A stretch of DNA of 64,000 nucleotides, from contig JAQXVU010000010.1 in NCBI GenBank assembly GCA_029225085.1, positions 23,816 to 87,815 on the forward strand, given 5' to 3'. Below the pieces are notes generated by a model, which was not told where the DNA came from, did no database searches, and saw only the letters and a list, made by a program, of their open reading frames with translations. The stretch's first letter is position 1. Every line of letters begins with the position of its first letter. The stretch is from Eggerthellales bacterium. GTDB lineage: Bacteria > Actinomycetota > Coriobacteriia > Coriobacteriales > Eggerthellaceae. Below, piece by piece: positions 1-10,094 of this stretch. The position numbers and the translations under genes are program-made.

Positions 1-240
1 GTGACGTTGCGTTCGCGTGGGCAGGCGATTACCTGGCGCGCTCATATGGCGCCTGGTGTTGCGTGGGCAGGTCGAGCACGCGGTGGCGCTCGCATAGCGC
101 CCCGCAGGTGTGTTGGCGTTGCGTTCGCGCGGGCGGGCCGAGCAGGCGGCGGGGCTCGGATGGCGCCCTGCGGGTGGGTTGGGGGACGGCATCCCTTCTG
201 CGCCTGGAGGCCTGAATCCGCAAAGGGCGTTGTATATGGG
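1..240. repeat. three degenerate ~58-60 bp tandem units (GCGTGGGCAGG...GGCGC..CATATGGCGCC..GGTG)
   Basis: Units start near 5, 61 and 121. Each contains an imperfect palindrome around CATATGGCGCC / CGCATAGCGCC / CGGATGGCGCC. ORFs here have implausible composition. Confidence 0.6.
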
Positions 241-396
241 TGAATGGAGGGGCCTGATATATAAGTCTTTGAATTGCCCCCTTTTAGAGAGTTTCTACTT
301 GATATGTATCGAAACAGTGGTAACTTTCATGCATCGAATTAAGCGGTCTGCAGGAGGCCGTACGGATAAGAGAATGTGGGTATAAGGAGGTCATTA

Positions 397-588
397 ATGG
401 CACGCCCAGTAATTGACGAGGATACTTGTATCGGATGCAGCATTTGCTGCGACGCTTGCACTCAGGAGGTTCTTGAGGTTTCCGCTGACGGCATGTGCGT
501 TGTCGTGAATGAGGATGCATGCATCGCTTGCGGTGATTGCCTTGAGGAGTGCCCCATGGGCTCCATCCTCGAGATCCTTGAGGACTAA
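397..588 (+). CDS. small 2x[4Fe-4S] ferredoxin
   Basis: MARPVIDEDTCIGCSICCDAC...CIACGDCLEECP gives two CxxCxxCxxxCP-type motifs. AAGGAGG lies 6-7 nt upstream of ATG 397. The track ORF begins at 376 in the same frame. Confidence 0.85.
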   Translation: MARPVIDEDTCIGCSICCDACTQEVLEVSADGMCVVVNEDACIACGDCLEECPMGSILEILED

Positions 589-634
589 TTCGGTCGCCTC
601 TCGGTTCGATTCCTACATATATATAGGTAAGAAA

Positions 635-663
635 GGTGCTCGGCTTTTGCCGGGCACCTTTTT
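635..663 (+). terminator. intrinsic terminator after ferredoxin
   Basis: 10-bp stem GGTGCTCGGC/GCCGGGCACC, TTTT loop, followed by TTTTT. Confidence 0.8.
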
Positions 664-684
664 GCATTTGAAATGGCTCGATGG

Positions 685-806
685 CGTGGTGGTTGTGCTT
701 GAGCTCGGGGCGAGCGAAAGCGGCTAGCGTCGGCGTCGGCTTGAGCCAGTGGTACCGAGTGCTGGTGGTGGCCGGAGCTCGGGGCGAGCGAAAGCGGCTA
801 GCGTCG
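685..806. repeat. ~74-bp tandem duplication with 32-bp perfect core
   Basis: GAGCTCGGGGCGAGCGAAAGCGGCTAGCGTCG occurs at 701-732 and 775-806. The flanks TGGTGGTTGTGCTT / TGGTGGTGGCCG are also similar. Confidence 0.8.
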
Positions 807-850
807 ACCGGAATCCCAGGGGCGAGCACTGGCGATGGTCAAAATTTTAG

Positions 851-978
851 TAAATGGCATGGGTGCGGCTAGAACTCCGCTAAATGGCACGCTAATCGAG
901 GAAAATCGCCCTTAATTGGCGAGAAAGTCGCTAAATGGCACGGCTTCCGAAACAGAGGAAGCCGTGCCATTCCATTTA
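851..978. repeat. TAAATGGCA(C/T) x3 direct copies plus one inverted copy, containing a 15-bp perfect hairpin
   Basis: TAAATGGCA at 851, 881 and 932; inverted copy at 964-978. Stem AATGGCACGGCTTCC (934-948) pairs with GGAAGCCGTGCCATT (957-971), with an 8-nt loop. Confidence 0.75.
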
Positions 979-1023
979 ATACCCAGTTTCTTTAATAATG
1001 TGGATTATCTAATAAGGCCAAGA

Positions 1024-1047
1024 TACACATATCTAAAGATATGTGTA
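1024..1047. promoter_or_regulatory. perfect 11+11 bp palindrome (operator-like), orphan
   Basis: TACACATATCT-AA-AGATATGTGTA lies inside an AT-rich patch of a gene-free region. Confidence 0.4.
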
Positions 1048-1222
1048 GAAACATTGGTTGGGGCCGAATTCCGATTGTCATTTAGCGCCGAACTCGCCAC
1101 GAACCGCTCTCTTTCCGTATTCCAAGTGCGCATTTAGTGGGTTTCTAGCCACCAGGGCTTCTACCGCGCTGAAGGTAATCGGTTGGAGGGGGTGTGGTGG
1201 CATGGGGAAGGCCGATTAGGAT

Positions 1223-1440
1223 CCCGACGACGCGGGGGAACCGGTTGGGTGCTCCGACGACGCGCAGGCGTGACCGGCATGGTGCCGGTGGCGGTCCCTA
1301 TCGACGCGGGCATGACCCATATGGTGCCGTGGCGGACCTTATCGACGCGCAGGCGTGACCCATATGGTGCCGATGGTGGGCCCATTGACGCGGGAGCGAT
1401 CCGAAGGCGGCCCGCGACAACGCGATGGTGCCTGTATCTA
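1223..1440. repeat. ~5 degenerate 42-48 bp tandem units (CGACGCGCAGGCGTGACCCATATGGTGCC...)
   Basis: Repeated CGACGCG(C/G)..GGC(G)TGACC(C)ATATGGTGCC(G)..GGTGG. The core CATATGG(C/T)GCC is shared with the 1-240 repeats. Confidence 0.65.
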
Positions 1441-1493
1441 ATGAGGATAAATTGTGAAGCGCAAGGTTTCTCAGGTAAAAGTTGTGAGGAAAC

Positions 1494-1522
1494 TTGACAT
1501 GCACAGACTTAGATTTTATATT
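1494..1522 (+). promoter_or_regulatory. sigma70-type promoter of the dnaK operon
   Basis: TTGACA (1494-1499), 17-nt spacer, TATATT (1517-1522), about 95 nt upstream of the dnaK ATG. Confidence 0.7.
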
Positions 1523-1617
1523 GGGACTTGTGAAAAGAGCCGAAGCGAGCGGAGAGGGCTCGCCAAAGGCATCAACTTAGGTAAAACATGCGAACGCATT
1601 TTAGGAAAGGATACGAA

Positions 1618-3531
1618 ATGGCAAAGATCATCGGTATCGACTTGGGAACCACCAATTCCGCCATGGCTGTTATGGAGGGCTCTGAGCCAGAGATCCTCGT
1701 TAACGCCGAGGGCGACCGCACCACTCCTTCCGTAGTGGGCTTCCGCAAGGACGGCGAGCGCGTCGTCGGCAAGGCAGCTAAGAACCAGGCTGTCACCAAC
1801 CCTAAGAACACCGTTTCCTCTGTTAAGCGTTTCATCGGCCGCTCCTATGCAGAGACTGGCGAGGAGCAGAAGACCGTCGCTTATCAGGTGAACAACGGTA
1901 ACGGCGGCCGCGCTGTTGTAGACATCGAGGGCAAGAACTACATGCCCGAGGAGATCTCCGCTGTTGTTCTGCAGAAGCTGAAGGCTGACGCAGAGAAGCA
2001 GGTTGGCGCTCCTATCACCCAGGCAGTCATCACCGTTCCTGCTTACTTCAACGACGCTCAGCGTCAGGCAACCAAGGACGCTGGCAAGATCGCTGGCCTC
2101 GAGGTTCTGCGCATCATCAACGAGCCTACCGCTGCAGCTCTGGCTTACGGCCTCGACAAGACCAACAAGGATCAGAAGGTTCTGGTCTTCGACCTGGGCG
2201 GCGGCACCTTCGACGTTTCCGTCCTCGAGCTCGGTGACGGCGTCTTCGAGGTTTGCTCTACCGCTGGCGACAACCACCTGGGCGGCGATGACTGGGATCA
2301 GCGCATCATCGACTGGCTGGCTGACAAGTTCAAGGGCGACAACGGCATCGAGCTCCGCACCGATCCTATGGCCCTGCAGCGCCTGAAGGAGGCTGCTGAG
2401 AAGGCCAAGATGGAGCTGTCCAGCACTTCTCAGGCAAACATCAACCTGCCCTTCATCACCATGGATGCTTCCGGTCCTAAGCACCTTGACTACACCCTGA
2501 CCCGCGTTGAGTTCGAGAGCATCACTCGCGACCTGCTCGATCGTTGCCGCAAGCCTGTAGAGCAGGCACTGCGCGACGCAGACCTGTCCGCTGGTGACAT
2601 CAACGAGGTCATCCTGGTTGGCGGTTCTACCCGTATGCCGGCCGTTCAGGAGCTGGTAAAGCAGATGACCGGCAAGCAGCCTAACATGTCTGTGAACCCT
2701 GACGAGGTTGTTGCTATGGGCGCAGCTGTTCAGGGCGGCGTTCTGGCTGGCGACGTTGAGGGCATCCTCCTGCTCGACGTTACTCCTCTGTCCCTGGGCG
2801 TTGAGACCATGGGCGGCGTGATGACCAAGATGATCGACCGCAACACCACCATTCCTACCCGCAAGACCGAGGTGTACTCCACCGCAGCTGACAACCAGAC
2901 TTCGGTAGAGATTCACGTTCTGCAGGGCGAGCGCCAGATGGCTGCTGACAACAAGACCCTGGGTCGCTTCCAGCTGACCGGCATCCCCGCAGCTCGTCGC
3001 GGTGTTCCTCAGATCGAGGTTACCTTCGACATCGACGCTAACGGCATCGTAAACGTATCCGCTAAGGATCTGGGCACCGGTAAGGAGCAGCAGATCACCA
3101 TCTCCGGTTCTACCGCTCTGTCCGATGACGAAGTCGATCGCATGGTTAAGGACGCCGAGGCTCACGCAGCCGAGGATTCACAGCGCAAGGAGGCCGTTGA
3201 GGCTCGCAACAACTGCGACTCCCTGGTGAACGCAACCCAGACCACCCTCAATGAGCTGGGCGACCGCGTTCCTGCTGACGTGAAGAGCCAGGCCGAGGCC
3301 GCTATCGCTCAGGGCCAGCAGGCTCTGCAGGGTGAGGACCTCGAGGCCATGAAGGCTGCTACCGAGGCTCTGCAGCAGGCTGGCTACAAGATGGCCGAGA
3401 TCGCTTACGGCAACGGCGCAGCTGCCGGTGCTCAGCCTGGCCCAGATGCCGCCGCCGCTGGCGCACAGCCTGGCAACGATGACACCATCGATGCCGACTA
3501 CGAGGTAGTAGACGACGACAAGAAGGAGTAA
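1618..3531 (+). CDS. dnaK: molecular chaperone DnaK (Hsp70)
   Basis: [14 protein letters not shown]..., [19 protein letters not shown], and an acidic C-terminus. RBS AGGAAAGG precedes ATG 1618, which is internal to the track ORF 1588..3531. Confidence 0.98.
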   Translation: MAKIIGIDLGTTNSAMAVMEGSEPEILVNAEGDRTTPSVVGFRKDGERVVGKAAKNQAVTNPKNTVSSVKRFIGRSYAETGEEQKTVAYQVNNGNGGRAVVDIEGKNYMPEEISAVVLQKLKADAEKQVGAPITQAVITVPAYFNDAQRQATKDAGKIAGLEVLRIINEPTAAALAYGLDKTNKDQKVLVFDLGGGTFDVSVLELGDGVFEVCSTAGDNHLGGDDWDQRIIDWLADKFKGDNGIELRTDPMALQRLKEAAEKAKMELSSTSQANINLPFITMDASGPKHLDYTLTRVEFESITRDLLDRCRKPVEQALRDADLSAGDINEVILVGGSTRMPAVQELVKQMTGKQPNMSVNPDEVVAMGAAVQGGVLAGDVEGILLLDVTPLSLGVETMGGVMTKMIDRNTTIPTRKTEVYSTAADNQTSVEIHVLQGERQMAADNKTLGRFQLTGIPAARRGVPQIEVTFDIDANGIVNVSAKDLGTGKEQQITISGSTALSDDEVDRMVKDAEAHAAEDSQRKEAVEARNNCDSLVNATQTTLNELGDRVPADVKSQAEAAIAQGQQALQGEDLEAMKAATEALQQAGYKMAEIAYGNGAAAGAQPGPDAAAAGAQPGNDDTIDADYEVVDDDKKE

Positions 3532-3534
3532 GCC

Positions 3535-4152
3535 ATGGCCGATCCTAAAGAGAACGACGCTATCCCCGAGGAGCCTAGCGACGTGGTGGAAGAGGCTGAG
3601 GCTATTCTGGAAGATGCCGCTGAGGCATCTGAGACCGAGGCTGATGCCGAGGCCCCAGAGGCAGACGAGCTGACCCGTGCGAAGCAGGAGGCAGCCGCTT
3701 GGCAGGACAAGTACATGCGCTTGCATGCCGAGTGGGACACCTACCGCCGCCGCACTACCGAGCAGCGTCAGGTAGACAAGGCTCGGGCCGCCGAGAAGAT
3801 CGTTGAGGGGCTTATCCCGGTGGTAGACGACTTCGAGCGAACCATCGATTACGCCGAGAAGAACGGTTCCGACAACCTTCTCGAGGGCGTGCAGGCGGTG
3901 CGCAACAAGTTCGTGGAAGTGCTGGTGAAGAACGGCGCGGAAGTCATTGACCCAGCAGGTCAGGCTTTCGATGCTCTGGAAGCTCAGGCGGTTGCCATGA
4001 TCGACAACCCTGACATCCCTGATGAGACTGTTATCGACGTGTATCAGAAGGGATACAAGCTGGGCGGCAAGGTCATTCGTCCCGCAATGGTGACGGTGAG
4101 CCAGGGCGGTCCGAAGCGTGAGACTCCGGAAGCTTCCGAAGACGAGGAATAG
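3535..4152 (+). CDS. grpE: nucleotide exchange factor GrpE
   Basis: Acidic N-terminus, then a coiled-coil [14 protein letters not shown] and a GrpE C-terminal beta domain ([14 protein letters not shown]). Located 3 nt after dnaK. Confidence 0.95.
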   Translation: MADPKENDAIPEEPSDVVEEAEAILEDAAEASETEADAEAPEADELTRAKQEAAAWQDKYMRLHAEWDTYRRRTTEQRQVDKARAAEKIVEGLIPVVDDFERTIDYAEKNGSDNLLEGVQAVRNKFVEVLVKNGAEVIDPAGQAFDALEAQAVAMIDNPDIPDETVIDVYQKGYKLGGKVIRPAMVTVSQGGPKRETPEASEDEE

Positions 4153-4229
4153 TAAGTAGCGAGCGGGTGCCGGCCGAATGGCGATGGCACCCGCTTTCAT
4201 ATATCCAACGAAAAGAGAGGTGGTGCGTT

Positions 4230-5174
4230 ATGGCTGGTAGCACTCCTGATTACTACAAGATTCTCGGCGTATCTCGCACCGCGAGCGCAGACGAGATTAA
4301 GAAGGCCTACCGCAAGCTGGCACGGACCCATCATCCCGATGCCGGCGGCGACGAGGCGAAATTCAAGGAGATCAACGAGGCCTACGAGGTTCTCAGCGAC
4401 GAGAAGAAGCGCAAGCTCTACGACCAGTACGGTACGGCCAAGGAAAGCCAGATCCCCTTCGGGGGAGGAGCGGGCAACCCCTTCGGCGGCGCCAACATGA
4501 GCTGGGCCGACATTCTAGAAAGCATCCGTTCTGGCAACGGTGCCTGGGGTCCTGGCTTCGCGGGCTTCGATCTGAACGACTTCATGGGAGGATCGACGGG
4601 CGGCTACAGTTCCGCACCTGCACCCCGTAAGGGCCAGGATGTGAACGTCGACCTGAGGATCTCCTTCCAGGAAGCCCTCACCGGATGCGAGAAGCGCATC
4701 AGCCTGCGGGTCCCCGGCGCGTCCGACAAGATCACCCTGAACGTGAAGGTTCCCGAGGGCGCGGTAGATGGCGGCAGGCTCCGCTTCAAGGGCAAGGGCG
4801 CTGCAGGTGAGAACGGCGGTCCCGCTGGCGACCTGCTGGTGACCACCCGTATCGAGCCCCATCCCTACTTCACTCGCGAGGGTGCTGACGTCATCCTGCA
4901 TGCCCCCATCACGCTGGCGGAGGCTGCGCTGGGCGCTTCTATCACGGTGCCTACCCCTGATGGCAAGAAGGCCAACATCCGCGTTCCCGCTGGCACGGTG
5001 GAAGGAACCACCCTGCGCATGAAGGGCAAGGGCGCCAAGAACGTAAAGGGATCTGGCTATGGCGACATGAACGTCATCGTGCACCTGCAGGTTCCCCAGC
5101 AGCTCAACGAAGGACAGCGTGCGGCTCTCGAGGCATTCCAGGCCGCAACTAACGAGAAAGTCAGGAATTGGTAA
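4230..5174 (+). CDS. dnaJ: J-domain co-chaperone, class B / CbpA-like (no zinc-finger domain)
   Basis: DYYKILGV...HHPD J-domain, G/F-rich linker and two C-terminal beta domains. Only one Cys in the whole protein, so the CxxCxGxG x4 region is absent. RBS AAGAGAGG. Confidence 0.9.
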   Translation: MAGSTPDYYKILGVSRTASADEIKKAYRKLARTHHPDAGGDEAKFKEINEAYEVLSDEKKRKLYDQYGTAKESQIPFGGGAGNPFGGANMSWADILESIRSGNGAWGPGFAGFDLNDFMGGSTGGYSSAPAPRKGQDVNVDLRISFQEALTGCEKRISLRVPGASDKITLNVKVPEGAVDGGRLRFKGKGAAGENGGPAGDLLVTTRIEPHPYFTREGADVILHAPITLAEAALGASITVPTPDGKKANIRVPAGTVEGTTLRMKGKGAKNVKGSGYGDMNVIVHLQVPQQLNEGQRAALEAFQAATNEKVRNW

Positions 5175-5593
5175 TGGACGATTTCGATAAGCCTCTGTAC
5201 ATGATCAGCATCGCCGCAGAGCTGGCGGGTGTGCATCCTCAGACCCTGCGCATGTATGAGCAGAAGGGCCTCATCACCCCTAAGCGCACTGGCGGCAATA
5301 CCCGTATGTACTCTCAGGCCGATATCGAGCGCCTGAACATGATCAGCGAGCTGACCTCAGAGGGCATTAACCTTGCAGGCGTCATTCGCATTCTCGACCT
5401 GCAGGGCCGCCTCGATCAGCGCGATAAGGAGATCGACGACCTGCACAAGCGGGTACGTCGTCTGGCTGACCGCGTGCATGAGCTCGAGACTCGGGCAACC
5501 GTCAGCGACCTGGTAGATTCCGCTTCCAAGGACACGTCCCTGATGGATCCTGTTTCTACCACGGCTATTCGTCGCATCTTCATCGACGACTAG
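5174..5593 (+). CDS. hspR: MerR-family heat-shock repressor HspR
   Basis: ISIAAELAGVHPQTLRMYEQKGLITPKRTGGNTRMYSQADIERL is a MerR HTH, found in dnaK operon context. The ATG overlaps the dnaJ stop (TAATG). Confidence 0.9.
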   Translation: MDDFDKPLYMISIAAELAGVHPQTLRMYEQKGLITPKRTGGNTRMYSQADIERLNMISELTSEGINLAGVIRILDLQGRLDQRDKEIDDLHKRVRRLADRVHELETRATVSDLVDSASKDTSLMDPVSTTAIRRIFIDD

Positions 5594-5670
5594 TCCCTTG
5601 GCGACCAGCTCATCGTTGCCTGGGTTATCGACGACTAATCCCCCGACGATCAGCTCGCCTTATCCGGGCG
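5581..5670. repeat. ~45-bp tandem duplication that includes the hspR stop codon
   Basis: CATCGACGACTAGTCCC (5581-5597) versus TATCGACGACTAATCCC (5626-5642). The following CGACCAGCTC / CGATCAGCTC segments are also similar. Confidence 0.75.
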
Positions 5671-5719
5671 CCTTGGGCGCCCGTTCCACCATCCGTTCCT
5701 TATGAGAGGAAGGAGACCT

Positions 5720-8341
5720 ATGAGATTCGACAAGCTTTCAATGACCGCCGCCGAGGCCATGCAGAGCTCTATGGGCCTGGCCACGGAGAAGAATTCCTCC
5801 CTGGTAGAGCCTGTGCACCTGCTCCGCGTGCTGCTTGACGGCAAAGAGGCAAACATCAATTCGATCATCAAGCGCATCGGCGCTGACCCAGCCCACCTGG
5901 CAAAGTGCGCCGATGATGAGATCGCCAAGCTCCCCACGGTGGCCAACCAGTTCATGGTGAACCCCTCTAACGACTACATGAAGGTGTTCGACGACGCCGT
6001 GAAGGCCGCGGAGAAGCTCGGCGACGAATACGCCACCACCGAGCACCTGCTCATCGCCCTGACCGAGGGCAATGGCACGGCTGCCCGCATCCTGCAGGTG
6101 AACAATGTCACCCGTAAGAACGTGGAAGAAGCCTATGAGGACCTGCGTGGCGACACCCGCGTCACCGAGGTAGACAGCAAGGCCGAGTTCGACGCGCTGG
6201 AAAAGTATGGTCAGAACCTCACCGATGCCGCTCGCGAGGGTAAGCTCGACCCTGTGATCGGCCGCAACGAGGAGATTCGCCGCACCATTCAGGTGTTGAG
6301 CCGCCGCACCAAGAACAACCCCTGCCTCATCGGCGAGCCCGGCGTAGGCAAGACCGCTATCGTGGAAGGCCTCGCTCAGCGCATCGTCGCAGGCGACGTT
6401 CCCTCTTCCCTGAAGGATAGGGAGCTCATCGCCCTGGATATGGGTGCCATGCTGGCGGGCGCTAAGTACCGCGGCGAATTCGAGGATCGCCTGAAGGCCG
6501 TTCTGCGCGAGGTGAAGAAGAGCGACGGCAAGATCATCCTGTTTATCGACGAGCTGCACACCATCGTGGGTGCTGGCTCTACCGGCGACAGCACCATCGA
6601 TGCCGGCAACATGCTGAAGCCCGCTCTGGCTCGTGGCGAGCTGCATGCCATCGGCGCCACCACTCTTGACGAGTACCGCAAGTACATCGAGAAGGACGCC
6701 GCCCTCGAGCGCCGCTTCCAGACCGTATTGGTGGGTGAGCCCACGGTGAACGACACCATCGCCATCCTGCGCGGTCTGAAGGAGAAGTACGAGATCCATC
6801 ACGGCGTTCGCATCACCGACGGTGCCCTGGTTGCCGCAGCGGAGCTCTCTAACCGCTATATCTCCGATCGCTTCCTGCCTGACAAGGCCATCGACCTCAT
6901 GGACGAGGCTGCGTCCCGTCTGCGCATCGACATCGACAGCATGCCCGAGGACGTGGACAACGCCGAGCGTCGCCTGACCCAGATGCAGATCGAGGAGCAG
7001 GCTCTCATGAAGGAGGAGGACGACGCCTCGAAGGAGCGCCTGGTAGAGCTGCGCAAGCGCATTGCCGACGCCCGTGCCGCCCTCGACGCCAAGAAGGCAG
7101 AGTGGAAGAACGAGAAGGACGTCATCGTCACCGTTCAGAACCTGAAGGCCGAGCTCGATTCTGCTCAGCAGGAGGAGGAGAAGGCCACCCGCGAGGGCGA
7201 CCTTGCTCGCGCTTCCGAGCTGCGCTTTTCTACCATTCCTTCCCTGCGTAAGGAGTTGGAGGCCGCTGAGGCTGCTCTGAACGAGAAACAGAACGAGGGG
7301 GCCATCCTGAAGGAGGAGGTCACCGACGAGGAGATCGCCGAAGTGGTGGCCAACTGGACAGGCATCCCCGTGTCGAAGATGATGCAGGGCGAGATGGCCA
7401 AGCTGGTCGATCTGGAAGCCAAGCTGCATGAGCGGGTTGTGGGTCAGAACGAGGCGGTGAACGCGGTGGCAGGCGCCATCCGCAGGAGCCGTGCCGGTCT
7501 GTCCGACCCCGACAAGCCCATCGGTTCCTTCCTGTTCCTGGGACCAACCGGTGTTGGTAAGACGGAGCTGGCCAAGGCTTTGGCGGAGTACCTCTTCGAC
7601 TCCGAGAAGAACATGGTGCGCATCGACATGTCCGAGTACATGGAGAAGTTCAGCGTGCAGCGCCTCATTGGTGCCCCTCCGGGATATGTGGGCTATGACG
7701 AGGGCGGCCAGCTGACCGAGGCCGTGCGCCGCAAGCCCTACAGCGTCATCCTGCTCGACGAGATCGAGAAGGCCCATGCCGATGTCTTCAACATCTTGCT
7801 GCAGGTTCTCGACGACGGTCGCCTCACCGACGGTCAGGGTCGCGTGGTGAACTTCAAGAACACCATCATCATCATGACGTCGAACGTGGGCAGCCAGTTC
7901 ATCCGCGAGTTCGAGGAGAACGGCGACGAGAAGAAGAAGCAGGAGTCTATTGATGGCGCCCTGCGTGCGACCTTCCGTCCTGAGTTCCTGAACCGCATCG
8001 ACGACATCATCACCTTCGATGCCCTGAACATGAACAGCATCGAGCCCATCGTCGAGCTGCAGCTTGAAGAGGTCCGTCAGCGCTTGGCCGAGCGTCGCAT
8101 CTCCCTGGTGCTGAGCCCCGCCGCCATGGACAACCTGTGCATCGAGGGCTATGACCCGGTCTTCGGCGCCCGTCCTCTGAAGAGGCTCATTCAGCGCAAC
8201 GTGGTAGACACCATCGCCACCGAGATCGTGTCTGGCAAGGTGCATGACGGTGACACCTGCGTCATCGACTACGACATGCTCACCGGCAAGTACAGCATCG
8301 AGGTCTCTCGTTTTGACGATCTAGATTCGCTGCTGAGCTAG
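5720..8341 (+). CDS. clpB: ATP-dependent disaggregase ClpB
   Basis: Two AAA+ modules ([16 protein letters not shown]) with a long middle coiled-coil. RBS GGAAGGAG before ATG 5720, which is internal to track ORF 5702..8341. Confidence 0.97.
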   Translation: MRFDKLSMTAAEAMQSSMGLATEKNSSLVEPVHLLRVLLDGKEANINSIIKRIGADPAHLAKCADDEIAKLPTVANQFMVNPSNDYMKVFDDAVKAAEKLGDEYATTEHLLIALTEGNGTAARILQVNNVTRKNVEEAYEDLRGDTRVTEVDSKAEFDALEKYGQNLTDAAREGKLDPVIGRNEEIRRTIQVLSRRTKNNPCLIGEPGVGKTAIVEGLAQRIVAGDVPSSLKDRELIALDMGAMLAGAKYRGEFEDRLKAVLREVKKSDGKIILFIDELHTIVGAGSTGDSTIDAGNMLKPALARGELHAIGATTLDEYRKYIEKDAALERRFQTVLVGEPTVNDTIAILRGLKEKYEIHHGVRITDGALVAAAELSNRYISDRFLPDKAIDLMDEAASRLRIDIDSMPEDVDNAERRLTQMQIEEQALMKEEDDASKERLVELRKRIADARAALDAKKAEWKNEKDVIVTVQNLKAELDSAQQEEEKATREGDLARASELRFSTIPSLRKELEAAEAALNEKQNEGAILKEEVTDEEIAEVVANWTGIPVSKMMQGEMAKLVDLEAKLHERVVGQNEAVNAVAGAIRRSRAGLSDPDKPIGSFLFLGPTGVGKTELAKALAEYLFDSEKNMVRIDMSEYMEKFSVQRLIGAPPGYVGYDEGGQLTEAVRRKPYSVILLDEIEKAHADVFNILLQVLDDGRLTDGQGRVVNFKNTIIIMTSNVGSQFIREFEENGDEKKKQESIDGALRATFRPEFLNRIDDIITFDALNMNSIEPIVELQLEEVRQRLAERRISLVLSPAAMDNLCIEGYDPVFGARPLKRLIQRNVVDTIATEIVSGKVHDGDTCVIDYDMLTGKYSIEVSRFDDLDSLLS

Positions 8342-8365
8342 GAACGCGCAAGCGTCTATATGGAA

Positions 8366-8393
8366 AGCGCCTCCCGTTCGGGAGGCGCTTTTT
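8366..8393 (+). terminator. bidirectional intrinsic terminator (clpB / convergent CoA-transferase)
   Basis: Stem AGCGCCTCCC/GGGAGGCGCT, GTTC loop, TTTTT downstream and an A-run upstream. Confidence 0.8.
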
Positions 8394-8499
8394 GCGTGCT
8401 AGGGCTCGAACTGCGCGAGCGACGATGATGAGATCGACAGGAAGTCGCGTTCTTTTGCCGTCGTTTGAGCAACGGCGTAGATGTTCGCGCGCTGTGCGC

Positions 8500-9864
8500 T
8501 TACTGGCGTGCGGCAGCTGCTGCCTCTTCGGCAGCGCGAGCGGCGGCCAGTTCGGCAGCTTCCTCGGCGTTGGCGGGGTAGATGCCGTAGCTTGGCTGCA
8601 GAACGCTCTCGGGCATAGGGTCACCCTCATAGCATGCTACGGAGTTGTCCGCACGCATAGCTGCGATCTCGTCTGGGGTATACCCTAGTTCTTCCAGAAC
8701 TTCCACGGTGTCATAGCCAATAGGCAGGGAGCGATGCAGCACCGGATCGCCCAAGCTTGCAAGACGCATGGGAGCGGTGGTGACGGTGTAGCTGTGGTCG
8801 TCGCCGTAGCCCTGGTCCTCGTAGTACACCCGGCGCAGCTGATCGTTGTCGAAGGCCTCCTTGTCATGCAGCACGTCTTCGACGGTGCGGCACTTCTCGC
8901 AGGCCAGCTCCTCCTTCACCAGGATGGGCTCCCACTCGGCCCAAGTCTTGGCCTTGAAGGCCTTTTCCATCTCAGCGACTACTTCCACATTGTTGCCGTT
9001 CTGAGCCAGAGCCTCAAGATTGTTGTAGGCGGGGTCTTCCCAGTACTTGGGGTCCATGCCCAGGACCTGGAAGACCTTGGGGCAGAACTTGTTGTAGTCG
9101 CCGAAGCACATGACGAACCAGACGCCGTCAGCGGTGACGTAGGAGTTGTTGGTGGGGCAAGGTGCCTCAGCGCGGTTCTTGGGGTGAGGCTGTCCTTGCT
9201 GGGTAGCGCAGATGGCGCTCATCATGCCCCAGTTAGAGACGTGGTACAGGCTGGTGACCACCTTGTCGCCTACGCCGGTGCGCTGGGCGTTCCAGAGGGC
9301 GGCCAGGACGCCGACGGCCAGGGCGTTAGAGGAGTTCCAGTCGCCGAAGGCCACGGGGGAGTTGCCCACCTCGAAGTGCTCGCCGGCATTGGGGAAGCTC
9401 ATGGTCACGCCGCCGCGGGCGGAGTAGGTGATTGCATCGTAGCCCTGCTCATCGGCCATCTCGCCGCGCTCGCCGTAGCCGCGGAGCTGGGCCCATACCA
9501 GCTTGGGGAACTTGGCGTGCAGGGTCTCGTAGTCGAGGCCCATGCGCTTCAGAGCGGGGGTGCGGTTGCTGGTGAGGAAGACGTCGGCATCGGACAGGAG
9601 CTTCATCATGGCCTCCATGCCCTTCTCGGTCTTCAGGTTCAGAGAGACCCACTTGCGGTTGAAGCCGCCACAGTCGAAGGCGGCGTCATCGATGTCGGTC
9701 TTGAATTTCATGCCCCAGCTGACGCCCTGGGTGCGCTGGTAGTCGCCTGTTGCGGTCTCTACCTTATAGACGGTGGCGCCGAGCTCGGCCAGCAAGCGAC
9801 CGCAACCTGGTGCTGCGGCGAATACCGTCAGGTCTACAACTTTCAGTCCGTTCAATCCGCCCAT
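8500..9864 (-). CDS. family III CoA-transferase (CaiB/BaiF family) with Ala/Glu-rich C-terminal tail
   Basis: The N-terminus GLKVVDLTVFAAAPGCGRLLAELGATVYKVE is typical of CoA_transf_3. RBS GGGAGAGGAG. Tail AEEAAELAAARAAEEAAAAARQ. Confidence 0.85.
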   Translation of the reverse strand: MGGLNGLKVVDLTVFAAAPGCGRLLAELGATVYKVETATGDYQRTQGVSWGMKFKTDIDDAAFDCGGFNRKWVSLNLKTEKGMEAMMKLLSDADVFLTSNRTPALKRMGLDYETLHAKFPKLVWAQLRGYGERGEMADEQGYDAITYSARGGVTMSFPNAGEHFEVGNSPVAFGDWNSSNALAVGVLAALWNAQRTGVGDKVVTSLYHVSNWGMMSAICATQQGQPHPKNRAEAPCPTNNSYVTADGVWFVMCFGDYNKFCPKVFQVLGMDPKYWEDPAYNNLEALAQNGNNVEVVAEMEKAFKAKTWAEWEPILVKEELACEKCRTVEDVLHDKEAFDNDQLRRVYYEDQGYGDDHSYTVTTAPMRLASLGDPVLHRSLPIGYDTVEVLEELGYTPDEIAAMRADNSVACYEGDPMPESVLQPSYGIYPANAEEAAELAAARAAEEAAAAARQ

Positions 9865-10094
9865 GAGGGCTCCTCTCCCTTGGAATGCTCACATAAAAGA
9901 AAGTGTAGGGGAGCGGAGAGGGGCGCAAACAAACGTGCTTTTTCTGAAAGAGGGGCCCTTCTATAAATTTTGAAAGGTGGTTTCTCACGGTTTTGCGTTG
10001 CGGGATGGGGTACGGACCAGCTCATCTTGGCTCGTGGGGAGGGGAGGCATGCCTTCTTTTTGTTCTGAGGATGGCGTGCGATCTCTTTGTTTGG

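Noticed and set aside
916-1137. 73-aa ORF, and the other 60-110 aa ORFs in gene-free repeat regions (1..385, 681..872, 1183..1497, 30656..31363, 38185..38836, 55135..56132)
   Set aside because: They are built from tandem repeats or overlap each other in several frames. They have implausible composition (Arg/Pro/Gly/Cys-rich) and no RBS.
1493-1513. HAIR-like HspR site CTTGACA-TGCACAG-ACTTAGA overlapping the dnaK promoter
   Set aside because: Only about 9 of 14 positions match CTTGAGT-N7-ACTCAAG, and the two halves are not inverted repeats of each other. The nearby AAGTT-N7-AACTT (1479-1495) is too short to call.
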